From an uncultured delta proteobacterium (GTDB taxonomy: Bacteria > Desulfobacterota > Desulfobacteria > Desulfobacterales > JAFDCJ01): 64,000 bases of DNA. Below the pieces are notes generated by a model. That model was not told the DNA's origin. It did not search any database and was given only the letters and a program-made list of their open reading frames with translations. The stretch is taken from NCBI GenBank assembly GCA_963769935.1, contig CAVYNY010000010.1, positions 256,001-320,000 of the forward strand, given 5' to 3'. A program made the translations under genes and the position numbers. Position 1 is the first letter of the stretch. Each line of letters starts with the position of its first letter. Below are positions 20,801 through 30,463 of this stretch, piece by piece.

Positions 20801-20913
20801 TGTGCAAAGGATGTGGGGCCTGCGCGGCGGCATGCCCGTCGGAAGCGCCGGTTCTGGCCGGATTCAGCAACAGGCAGATTTATGCCCAGATCAAGAGTGC
20901 AATGAGCGCGTAA
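17851..20913 (+). CDS. hdrA: Large heterodisulfide reductase subunit A-like flavoprotein (two FAD modules), selenoprotein; UGA at 18043-18045
   Basis: ORFs 17851-18045 and 18094-20913 share a frame; [21 protein letters not shown] puts UGA at the conserved CxxC position; two GxGxxG motifs, two CVGSR...YCSxVCC motifs and ferredoxin motifs; 1020 aa if read through. Confidence 0.92.
18061..18078 (+). promoter_or_regulatory. SECIS-like hairpin of hdrA
   Basis: CTGGTCG-AGGT-CGGCCGG stem-loop beginning 15 nt after the UGA. Confidence 0.6.
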
Positions 20914-21075
20914 GCCTGCTGGTGCCGGTTGTTTGAAATTATTTGAGTGTTTTTGGGGCCCCAATTGGCAATGTTGAAAAAACGGGAAGGGAAACAGCCC
21001 CGTTGCCGGCCGGACCCACCTCAAACTTTAGTTCCCGGAAAGGCTTTCCGGCTTTATCCGGGGTCAGGAGAAGAT

Positions 21076-21561
21076 GTGAATCAAGAACAGTTCGAACCGA
21101 AAATTCTGGCTTTTATATGTAACTGGTGTGCATACGGCGCCGCGGATCTGGCCGGCGTCAGCCGCCTGCAGTATCCCCCCAATGTGCGCGCGATTCGGGT
21201 CATGTGCTCGGCCACTGTATCGCCGCATCATATTTTAAGGGCGCTGCAGGATGGCGCCGACGGTGTTTTGGTCGGCGGGTGACACATCGGCGACTGCCAT
21301 TACCTGTATGGTAATCACATGACGATTAAACGAATCACGTTTGTGCAGGAACTGCTGCGCTTTATGGGTCTTGAGGCGCGTCTCCACCTGGCATGGATAT
21401 CTTCAGCCGAAGCCCAGAAATTCGTCCAGGTGGTCACCGATTTTACGGCAAAAATCAGAGCGCTCGGACCGAATCCCCTGAAAGGGTATAGCGGATTCGT
21501 AAAAGCGGCCGGGTTGGAACCTGCTGCCGGTTTTGCAGAAAGCCATCCCGCCCGGCAGTAG
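21076..21561 (+). CDS. mvhD: MvhD/FlpD-family [2Fe-2S] hydrogenase subunit, selenoprotein; UGA at 21280-21282
   Basis: AGGAG RBS and GTG start; [46 protein letters not shown]; both halves in frame. Confidence 0.92.
21299..21315 (+). promoter_or_regulatory. SECIS-like hairpin of mvhD
   Basis: ATTACC-TGTAT-GGTAAT stem-loop about 16 nt after the UGA. Confidence 0.55.
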
Positions 21562-21610
21562 AATCCAAGCGGCCGAATACCGGTGCGTCGACTTGGTAGT
21601 GGAGAAGGAT

Positions 21611-22429
21611 ATGCATACTGAAATAAAACGCTGGCTTGAAAACGGAATCGTGGACGTTTTTCTGGGTTACAAAATGGTGATGAAACACCCCTTGCCGTAT
21701 TGTTTTGTCAAAGAAAAAATTGAGGAGGTGGATGAGCTGATCGTCGGGCCGGCCCGTTATTCCCTCGAAAAGATCGCCACGCATATTGCCGCCGCAAAGC
21801 CCGACATTAAGATCGGAATGCTGGCCCGCGACTGCAACCAGCGGGCATTAAACGTTTTGGCTATCTGGAATCAACTCAACCCGGAGCATATCAAAACCGT
21901 CAACGTGAATTGCTGCCCGTCCAATCTCAAAAAACATGGGGATTGCTCTTACCTGGACTCGGAAACGCCGGGATCCTACAAACAGAAGGTGGGAGTGGAC
22001 AATACCCTTGGCCCGCCGGACGTTGAGCGATTCAGTCAAGAGGAGCGGCTATCCAGGTGGATGTATGAATTTCAGAAATGCATCAAGTGTTACGGATGCC
22101 GGAATGTCTGCCCGGTCTGTTTCTGTAAAGAGTGCAGTCTGGAACACCGGGATTTGATCGCAACCGGTGCGCTGCCGCCGGAAGTGCCGGTCTTCCATCT
22201 GATCCGGGCCGTGCACATGGCCGGCCGGTGCATCGACTGCGGGCTGTGTGAGGATGCCTGTCCGGTGGATATCCCGCTGCGGCTGCTCTACCGCAAGGTC
22301 AATGAAATCGTCGTCAATGTTTTTAATTATGAAACCGGATCCGGTCCCGGCCAGTCGCCTTTCAGCATTTTGGGTGATACGGTAACCTTGGAACCGAAAC
22401 CGATCGAACTCGCAAAAACGGAAAGCTAA
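21611..22429 (+). CDS. 4Fe-4S dicluster protein, FdhB/FrhB-related
   Basis: CIKCYGCRNVCPVCFCKEC and HMAGRCIDCGLCEDACP motifs; GGAG RBS. Confidence 0.8.
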   Translation: MHTEIKRWLENGIVDVFLGYKMVMKHPLPYCFVKEKIEEVDELIVGPARYSLEKIATHIAAAKPDIKIGMLARDCNQRALNVLAIWNQLNPEHIKTVNVNCCPSNLKKHGDCSYLDSETPGSYKQKVGVDNTLGPPDVERFSQEERLSRWMYEFQKCIKCYGCRNVCPVCFCKECSLEHRDLIATGALPPEVPVFHLIRAVHMAGRCIDCGLCEDACPVDIPLRLLYRKVNEIVVNVFNYETGSGPGQSPFSILGDTVTLEPKPIELAKTES

Positions 22430-22443
22430 ACAAGGAGTAAGCA

Positions 22444-24489
22444 ATGCAGTGCAAGTTAGTGCCCTCGATCTGTTCATACTGCGGAACCGGTTGCGGAATC
22501 CTCTTTGAAGTGATTGATGGCAAAATCAACAGCACCCTGCCGATGAAAACCCATCCGGTCAATGAGGGCAAGCTGTGCATCAAAGGCTGGAACCTGCATG
22601 AGCATGTGAACAGCTTCATGCGCCTGAAGCAACCGCTGGTTAAGACGTTTGGCAGATTCATCAAGGCCGAATGGGACGAAGCCATTCAGATAACGGCGGA
22701 GCGTTTCCGCGAAATCATCGAAAAGTACGGCCCGGATGCCGTCGGCGTGCTGGTATCGGCCAAAATAACCAATGAAGAAAATTATCTGGCTCAAAAATTT
22801 GCCAGAGCTGTGATCGGCACCAACAACGTCGATCACTGCGCCCGTCTCTGACACTCTTCGACGGTGGCCGGTCTGGCCGCCGCTTTCGGCAGCGGTGCCA
22901 TGACGAATTCCATTGCGGATATCGAAGAGGCCGGCTGCATATTTGTAATCGGGTCCAATACCACGGCCTGCCACCCGCTGATCGCCCGGCGTATCTTCCG
23001 GGCCAAGGAAAAAGGTGCCAAACTGATCGTGGCGGATCCGAGAAACATCCAGCTTTCCCGCTTTGCGGATGTGGCGGTCAATCATCGGCTGGGCAGCGAT
23101 GTGGCCCTGCTGAACGGCATGATGCACATTATCATCAAAAACGGCTGGCATGCCAAAGACTACATTGCGCAGCGGACCGAGGACTACGGCGCTCTGGAAA
23201 AGGCCGTCAGCGAATACACCCCGGACAGGGTCGCCGGCCTGACCGGGGTTGACCGCAAGCACCTGGAACGCATGGCCGAACTCTACGCTACGCATCCGCC
23301 GGCCAGCCTTTTGTATGCCATGGGCATTACCCAGCACACCACGGGTGTAGATAATGTCAAGTCCTGCTGCAATCTGGCGATGCTGTGCGGCAATGTAGGG
23401 GTTCGCGGTGGCGGCGTGAATCCATTGAGAGGCCAGAACAATGTTCAAGGGGCCTGTGACATGGGAGGATTGCCCAACGTGCTGACCGGCTATCAGCCCG
23501 TGGCTGACCCGGGCGTCCGCAAAAAATTTTCCGAGGCATGGGGGAAACCGCTTCCCGAGCGCCCCGGTCTAACCATAACGGACATGATCCCCGCCATGCT
23601 GGAAGGAAAACTCAAGGCTTTGTATGTGATCGGGGAGAATCCCAAACTGAGCGACCCGGACTGGAACCACCTGAATCATGCCCTTAAAAAACTTGATTTT
23701 CTGGTTGTTCAGGAGCTGTTTTTATCGGAAACCGCCCAGGTGGCCGATGTGGTGTTGGCGGCCGCATCGGTGGCTGAAAAAGAAGGCACGTTTACCAATA
23801 CGGAACGCCGCTGTATGAGGATTCACAAGGCAATTGAGCCCATCGGCAACACTCTGGCTGACTGGGAAATCATCTGCCGGCTTTCAAACGCCATGGGCTA
23901 CGGGATGAATTACGAAACCCCTGAAGAAATATTCAACGAAATGGTATCCCTGACCCCCAAAAGCTATGCCGGCATGACGTACGAGCGGTTGGGCTTAGAC
24001 GGTCTGCAGTGGCCGTGTCCGGACGGCGATCACCCGGGAACTCCCTACTTGCACAAAGATCAATTTACCCGGGGCAAGGGCAAATTTCACGCCATCGAAT
24101 ATCAGGATCCAGCGGAAATGCCTGATGAAAATTACCCTTATTTTCTGACCACCGGCCGAATGTTTGCCCATTTTCACACCGGCACAATGACCAGAATTTC
24201 GCCGCATCTGGATGTCGAGCAGACAACCGGCTATGTTTCCATCAACCCGAAGGACGCCGAGGCCTTGGTAGTCAAAGAGGGAGATGTGCTGGTTCTTTCG
24301 TCGCGCAGAGGCCGGTTGGAAGCTCCGGCAAAAATAAGCCCTGCGGTAGAACCCGGCACCCTTTTTCTGCCCATCCACTTTGGCGAAAACCCGACCAATG
24401 TGCTGACGAGCGCCGAGGCGGTTGACCCCCTGGCCAAAATCCCGGAATTTAAGGTGAGCGCTGTTAAAGTTGAAAAATTGTCGGTCTAG
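22444..24489 (+). CDS. fdhF: Cytoplasmic formate dehydrogenase alpha subunit (Mo/W-bisPGD), selenoprotein; UGA at 22849-22851
   Basis: CSYCGTGC...LC Fe-S motif, DHCARL-UGA-HSSTV active-site motif, LRGQNNVQG; no Tat signal; 681 aa if read through. Confidence 0.95.
22862..22882 (+). promoter_or_regulatory. SECIS hairpin of fdhF
   Basis: CGGTGGCC-GGTCT-GGCCGCCG; the GGUCU loop and about 11-nt spacing resemble the E. coli fdhF SECIS. Confidence 0.75.
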
Positions 24490-24674
24490 GCGAGACGGCC
24501 GGCATTGATGGCTCTCCATTGGCGGGTCGGGCAACCGTGCCCCAGTGAGCTTGCCCGAGTGTTTCTTGAGGATAACATTGAATAAATAAGCTCTGATAAA
24601 AAAGGTTGGTATAATAGCGCAACAGGATAAAAAACGAAGGCATGATCCAAGATATTTGAAGGTTATGCAGTTCT

Positions 24675-25415
24675 CTACCCTTGATCCCCGGCCCAATGGT
24701 AAAGAAAATCAACTATATCCTCAATATACTTATTACCGGCGGCGGCTGTTGCCGGCCGTGGGTCCCCCAGGACACCGTTTTCATCCAGATTTTGAATGCC
24801 GTCGAAGACCCGGGACATGATCTCCGATAACTCCCCGACAAATCCCGCGACCGCCTGATCCATTTTTACCTGCTCCGGCCGCAAAGCCAGCAGAAGCGAC
24901 GTTTCCCACTCGCCCGAATGGGCGCCGGATTGAGCGGCATTTACGCCAAAATTCCCTGAGCTTTCAAAGGCTGCTTTCACAAACCCTTCCAAATCCGTAA
25001 AGGCCAGTACCTTTACATTATCAACCGGTTTCAATTTCGCCAATGTCTCCGCCAGAGGCTTGAAATTTCCCCCGTGGGTCGGCAAGAGCACAATGCGCCG
25101 GAAACCATGGCGGGACAGGCTTTTTACCACATCGATCACCACCCGCTGAAATGTCTCCCGGCTCAAAGATATGGTTCCGGGAAAGGACAAATGATGCTCG
25201 GAGCAGCCGAAGCGCACCGTTGGTGCCAGAAATGCCTCCAGCCGCTCGGCCAATCCCCAGCCGATTTCATCGCCCAACACGGCATCCGTACCCAGGGGCA
25301 AATGCCTGCCGTGCTGCTCGGTGGAGCCAAGCGGCACGACCACCGTGTCCCTTCCATTTTCGATCTCTGCTTTTACTTCGGCCCAGGTCATTCGATCAAG
25401 ATGCAATGCCGTCAT
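24675..25415 (-). CDS. Creatininase/MftE-family amidohydrolase
   Basis: GSTEQHGRHLPLGTD, HGGN and HSGEWETS metal-binding motifs. Confidence 0.9.
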   Translation of the reverse strand: MTALHLDRMTWAEVKAEIENGRDTVVVPLGSTEQHGRHLPLGTDAVLGDEIGWGLAERLEAFLAPTVRFGCSEHHLSFPGTISLSRETFQRVVIDVVKSLSRHGFRRIVLLPTHGGNFKPLAETLAKLKPVDNVKVLAFTDLEGFVKAAFESSGNFGVNAAQSGAHSGEWETSLLLALRPEQVKMDQAVAGFVGELSEIMSRVFDGIQNLDENGVLGDPRPATAAAGNKYIEDIVDFLYHWAGDQG

Positions 25416-25517
25416 TGGAGGTCTCCCCGCAGGTTAAAATTCGATAGATCTTTCGTGCTTTCGTGATAAATTTCTTTTTTGCTTCCGGCTCTTCCAAATT
25501 ATGTTTTAGAAGTCAGA

Positions 25518-27569
25518 TCAGGCTTCAGCTGCCCTGCGGGTACGATTGATCCGGGGATCATGAAATTTTTGCCTCAGGACCACCACCACAAACGCGGCCC
25601 AACCGAGCAGGTCCGCCCACAGGTCGGTCCAGAACAATCCGGCCGCCGCCACCGCAAACAAGGCCGTTTCCAGCCAGGTCGCCGGCCGTATGAAATAGCG
25701 CTCCAACGCCGAGGTAAAGGCCACCAGTCCCACCGTGGTGGTAAGCATGGTATAGATGACCTCCCAGTGGAGCAGTTCATAGTTGGGGCCCATCCCGAGC
25801 AGCGGACGGTAGGCCATGATAATGGGAATGACATACAGTCCTTTGGCCAGTTTCCAGGAAGTAAACGCGGTTCGCATGGGATTGGCGCCGGCCACGCCGG
25901 CTGCGGCAAAACTCGCCAGGCTTACCGGCGGCGTGACGTTGGCATCCTGGGAATACCAGAACACGATCATATGGGATACCAGCAGGGGCACGCCCATATC
26001 CAGCAAGGCCGGGCCGGCCAGGGTTGCCAGCACGATGTAGCTGGCCGTTACCGGCAGCCCCATGCCCAGGACCAGCGACGCAGCGCCGATCAGCAGTATC
26101 GCCAGGGCCTCGATGCCGAAACTGAGATCCAAAACCAGGCTGGAAAACTTGAGGCCCATGCCGGTCAGTGTGACCATGCCGACAATGATGCCGGCGGCCG
26201 CACAGGCCACCGAGACCATAATCGCGTTGCGGGCGCCCTTCTCCAACGAGCCCATTATCTGTTTGAATTCATTGCGGCCGAAATCATACAGGCTCCTGCG
26301 GGCCGGATCGCCGTTCGGTAGTTGATTGGCGGACACCGCCCAACGCACGGCATTGGCAATCAGACTGGCGGCAAATGTGCTCAAAACAGCCACAAAACCC
26401 GCCATCATGGGCGAATAGTTGGCCATCAGAACATAAATCAGAATGGCCAGAGGAATGATAAAGTGCAGTCCTTTACGCAAAACAATGGGGATTTTGGGCA
26501 GATTTTCCTTGGGCTGTCCTCTCAGGTTTTGTTTCTGGGCCTCGAAGTGCACGAAAAACAGCACGGTCAGGTAGTACATGATCGCCGGGACCAGGGCCAC
26601 CTTGATGATGGTCAGATAGCTGGTGTTGGTGAATTCCGCCATCAAAAAGGCCCCGGCACCCATAATCGGCGGCATGAGCTGGCCGCCGGTAGAGGCGGCC
26701 GCCTCGATCGCACCGGCCACATGGGGACGGTAGCCGACGCGCTTCATCATGGGAATGGTGAAGGTACCGGTGGCCACCACATTGCCGACGGCGGAACCGG
26801 AAACCGAGCCCATGAAACCCGAGGCCACCACAGCGGTTTTGGCCGGTCCGCCTGAAAAACGGCCGGTCAGGGCGTACGCCAGATCGATGAAAAAGTTGCC
26901 GCCGCCGGTTGCTTCCAGCACGGCTCCGAAAAGCACGAATACATAGACAAAAGTGGCGGCCACGCCGATGGGCAGGCCGAAAATGCCCTCGGTGGTCAGC
27001 CACAGGGTGGTGGCAATCCGCTCGATGCTGTAACCTTTGTGAATGATCAGTTCGGGCATGTAGGGACCGTATAAGGCATAGGCAATCGCCGCTATGCAAA
27101 TGCCGGTCATGAAGAGCCCGATCACCCTGCGGCAGGCCTCCAGCACGAGAATCGTGCCGATGATACTGATTACCAAATCGCTGGGCAGCCAGTCTCCCTG
27201 CCGCTCAAAAATCGCATCGAGATTATAGCAGATGTAGATGACACAGACGGCGGACAGCAACACCAGGGCCCAGTCCAGAATCAACCAGAAGTTGAATTTA
27301 TCCTTGCGCACCCCTTTAAACGGCGGTTTTAGTAGAAAGGTCAGCGACAGGATCGCACCCAGATGAATGGAGCGTTGCACCAGGGCCGTCAAGGCGGCAA
27401 TCCCGGCAGTGTACAGCTGATACAGGCTTAAACTAATGGAGAGCACCATTACGATTGCGGCTGTCGCCTGCACCAAAGACAGATTGCGATCGGCGGGTGG
27501 GCGGCTCCCGGCCGCTATTCCACTTGCAGGTTGGTTGAATTTTGCGTTTGAAGTTTCCCCTGGCATCAA
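25518..27569 (-). CDS. TAXI-type TRAP fused 4TM/12TM permease
   Basis: GGPAKTAVVAS, SGSAVGNVV, STGGQLMPPIMG and VTPPV motifs. Confidence 0.92.
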   Translation of the reverse strand: MMPGETSNAKFNQPASGIAAGSRPPADRNLSLVQATAAIVMVLSISLSLYQLYTAGIAALTALVQRSIHLGAILSLTFLLKPPFKGVRKDKFNFWLILDWALVLLSAVCVIYICYNLDAIFERQGDWLPSDLVISIIGTILVLEACRRVIGLFMTGICIAAIAYALYGPYMPELIIHKGYSIERIATTLWLTTEGIFGLPIGVAATFVYVFVLFGAVLEATGGGNFFIDLAYALTGRFSGGPAKTAVVASGFMGSVSGSAVGNVVATGTFTIPMMKRVGYRPHVAGAIEAAASTGGQLMPPIMGAGAFLMAEFTNTSYLTIIKVALVPAIMYYLTVLFFVHFEAQKQNLRGQPKENLPKIPIVLRKGLHFIIPLAILIYVLMANYSPMMAGFVAVLSTFAASLIANAVRWAVSANQLPNGDPARRSLYDFGRNEFKQIMGSLEKGARNAIMVSVACAAAGIIVGMVTLTGMGLKFSSLVLDLSFGIEALAILLIGAASLVLGMGLPVTASYIVLATLAGPALLDMGVPLLVSHMIVFWYSQDANVTPPVSLASFAAAGVAGANPMRTAFTSWKLAKGLYVIPIIMAYRPLLGMGPNYELLHWEVIYTMLTTTVGLVAFTSALERYFIRPATWLETALFAVAAAGLFWTDLWADLLGWAAFVVVVLRQKFHDPRINRTRRAAEA

Positions 27570-27678
27570 TCAATTTCTAACCCGGACAAGCCGGAATTGA
27601 AAATTTAATATTGCATATTGAATATTTGTTGATGTCGCTCCACTCCGTCCTTATTAATATGGCCCCGCCGGAGGCGGG

Positions 27679-27715
27679 CCTTAAATATTCAATTTTCAGT
27701 CGAAAAAATTCAATC
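27679..27715. repeat. Inverted copy of the 5899-5935 AT-rich repeat, next to a GC hairpin GGCCCCGCCGGAGGCGGGCC
   Basis: Direct sequence comparison. Confidence 0.7.
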
Positions 27716-27722
27716 ATTTAAA

Positions 27723-28265
27723 CTATGGGCCTAGTACCGGCGTAGCCGGATGCGGAAAAAAACGGCGCCACCAACTGTAGAGCAGACTTACCGGTCGTGC
27801 CGAAAAACGCACGGCCTGATGCGGAGCCACAGCCGACAGGTTCGTGGCGGTTCCCCGCCAGATGATGGTGTGGTCCACCCCGGGGCTGCCGATTCGCAGG
27901 ACAAAGTTTCCGGTCGGCATATGCATGTTCTCGATGGCCTCATAGGGTCCCCGCTGAACCATATGTCCTACGCCCGGCATGCGCCCCATCCCGGCACCAA
28001 ATTTCAGATATCGCTCTTCTTCAATATAAATGCGCCCCGTTTCATCCAGGCTGTGCTCTTCCCAGATGGGGGCGTTTTCAACCGAGTGGTAATAGTGCAG
28101 GGTAAAGCGCTCGCCCGGCTCCAGGGGTAAGACCAGCAGCGGCGGTCCGCCTTTTACCGGAACAACCCGCAGTTCCAGTCCGCCGCGGGCAAGCAAACCC
28201 GCCGCAATAAAAATTAAACCGACGCCGACTGCCCACAATAAGGGCCGCCGGCTGAAATTCGTCAA
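27723..28265 (-). CDS. DUF1850 domain protein (TAXI-associated)
   Basis: FTLHYYHSVE...FGAG motif; position between TAXI binding protein and permease. Confidence 0.8.
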   Translation of the reverse strand: MTNFSRRPLLWAVGVGLIFIAAGLLARGGLELRVVPVKGGPPLLVLPLEPGERFTLHYYHSVENAPIWEEHSLDETGRIYIEEERYLKFGAGMGRMPGVGHMVQRGPYEAIENMHMPTGNFVLRIGSPGVDHTIIWRGTATNLSAVAPHQAVRFSARPVSLLYSWWRRFFPHPATPVLGP

Positions 28266-28275
28266 GACATCTCTC

Positions 28276-29260
28276 CTATGGCATCAGCGCGGCCGGCACG
28301 GAAATACCTTTTTCTTTCAAATACTTGACTGTCCCCGGATGCAACGGAATGGGTGAGTATTTTACCGCGTTTTCCGGTGTCGTGTAGGAAGCCGAAGGAT
28401 GAATTTTAAGCAAATAGTCCTGATGATCGTAAAGGGCTTTCACCAGATTGTATACCAGGTCCGTATCCAGCGACTTCTGACAAATCATCACGTTCCAAAC
28501 ACCGATGGTCGGAACCGGTTTGTCGACTCCCCGGTAAACGCCGCCGGCCAGATCGACAGCCGAATATTCCTGATTGGCGGCCAGAATCCTTTTTTGCTGC
28601 TCGGGCGTAATGGCAATAATCTGGATATCATGGGTAGTTGCCAAGATCCAGAATGGAGCTGGTGCCGGGTCCCACCGACCAGAATCCCACATCGATTGTG
28701 CCGTCCCGCAATGCGTTGGCCGTTTCGGTAAATGACAGCCGGCTGTCGCTGTAAGAATCCAATGGAATCCCAAGGGCTTTGAACACCGTCTCGGACATAA
28801 AATTGGTTCCGCTGCCGGGGCTGCCCGAGCTGATTTTTTTTCCTTTGATCTGTTCAATGTCGGTGATTCCGCTTTTTTTCAGCACGACCACCTGCAGCAG
28901 GTTGGGATACATGACGGCCATCGACAGGATATTGTATTTCTTGCCCTGAAACTTGGACAGTCCGCTGAAACCGGCCACCGCCACATCCCCCATGACCTCA
29001 CCGACCACGGTTTCCCCCTTGTCGGCCAGTTTAACATTCTCCACGCTCGCGCCGGTGACCTCGGCCACCGCCTTAACGCCTTTGACGTACTTGGTCCAGA
29101 TCTCAGCCACGCCGCCGCCGTAGGGGTAGTAAATGCCGCCCGTGCCGCCCGTGCCGATGGAAATAAATTGCGTCTTGGCCGACGCGGGCCCCGCCAATAT
29201 GAGAACGGAGCACAATATCACAACGCCGGTCAGGAAAATTTTAAGATTCAATTTTTTCAT
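28276..29260 (-). CDS. TAXI-family TRAP solute-binding protein, split by a +1 frameshift near 28640
   Basis: IGTGGTGGIYY, TGASVEN, GSGT...SSILDL continues as ATTHDIQII...IPLHPG in another frame. Confidence 0.85.
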
Positions 29261-29310
29261 GGTAGCACCCTCCTTTTTGTCTTAGAGATAAATGACGCGA
29301 TCGGAGCAGC

Positions 29311-29748
29311 TTACTCACTGCTGATAATTTTAACCACCACCAGGATTTTCTTCGATTCTTTATCGGTCCCGATAAACGGCAGTTTAACGGTCTGGGACTT
29401 GCCGGGCTCTAATACCGGTGGTTTGCCCTTGGTCGGCACCAATGATCCAAAGGCCTTGTCCATGTCTTCCAAGAAAATATTAAGCCGATACCGCAGTGGT
29501 GTGGCGGTAGTATTTTCCAGACCGACCGTAAATATGAGCGCCGGCTGCCCGCCCTCTTGACCTACCGCGCAGTCGAACTGGGTTATTTTCGCTTCTTTGA
29601 CCACTTCCCAAGTGATCTTGGCGTCACAATTGGATTTCTCCGGTGCACCTTTTCCGGTTCCGGCGCACCCTGCCAATAAAAACGCCCCTGCCAGACTCAA
29701 AACAAGGACTGCCATCATGGATGCCCTTTTCAATCGCTTCATCCGCAT
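29311..29748 (-). CDS. Hypothetical lipoprotein
   Basis: AGGAGG RBS; signal peptide with LLAGC lipobox. Confidence 0.7.
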   Translation of the reverse strand: MRMKRLKRASMMAVLVLSLAGAFLLAGCAGTGKGAPEKSNCDAKITWEVVKEAKITQFDCAVGQEGGQPALIFTVGLENTTATPLRYRLNIFLEDMDKAFGSLVPTKGKPPVLEPGKSQTVKLPFIGTDKESKKILVVVKIISSE

Positions 29749-30074
29749 ACCTCCTTTTTTGATGTTTAAAACACATTGCAGCGTTAACAGGTTCTTTCCT
29801 GACCCCACGCTTTCGAACCGAAAGCAGATTTCAACATTCAGAGTCAGCTGTCTTCGATAGATGTCTAACCGTTCAGCCTCCCCTCTGAATTTCCTGAAGG
29901 GTATCCTGATATGATCATTTACCGCTTGAAAAAGAACCGCCGGTTATTGCATACAATTTAGCTGGGGATGAAAGTCCAATAGCAGGGTATTGTTTTAGAA
30001 GTCAAGGGATAGATGAGACGTCCATTCAGCGCAGCCGTATTGGTAACATGGCAGGAGCCATCGGGAAGAGAGGC

Positions 30075-30463
30075 AGCGCGTTGCGTTTCGGGTTGTCGGT
30101 TGGGGATGGCCGGTTGTCGGTTGCGAGGTTCCAGTGATGCGATTTGAGTTACGAAGCAATGTGTTACAGGTTAATAGTTCCGATAAAAGAGTTAAGGTTT
30201 GTCGACCTTAGAAAAATAAGGTGTTTACCGATAGCCATACGATTAACACGAAACGCGGAACCGGCTTCAAAAAATGCTTCAACCCCCTCTCAGCCGAAAC
30301 CCGTATCCCATACCTCGCACCTCGCAACCCGCTCCTCGCAACGCGCAACCCGCAACTAGCATCTAAAATCATTCCGATTCCAATTGTTTCTGTTTTCTCC
30401 TTCTGACACCTGACACCAGACACCTGAAAACAAAGTTCTGCCTTCTGTCTCCTGTTCTCTGTC
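30075..30463. repeat. Stacked short tandem-repeat arrays (GGTTGTC/CGCAACC, CTGACAC, TTCTGYC families)
   Basis: 7-nt periodic units visible, e.g. cgcaacccgctcctcgcaacgcgcaacccgcaac and ctgacacctgacaccagacacctgaaa. Confidence 0.7.

Noticed and set aside
17851..24489. hdrA, mvhD and fdhA as nonsense pseudogenes or six separate ORFs
   Set aside because: Each stop is a TGA at a conserved Cys/Sec position with a downstream hairpin; selenocysteine recoding explains all three
24675..25415. Mycofactocin biosynthesis locus
   Set aside because: No mftA precursor, mftB or mftC nearby
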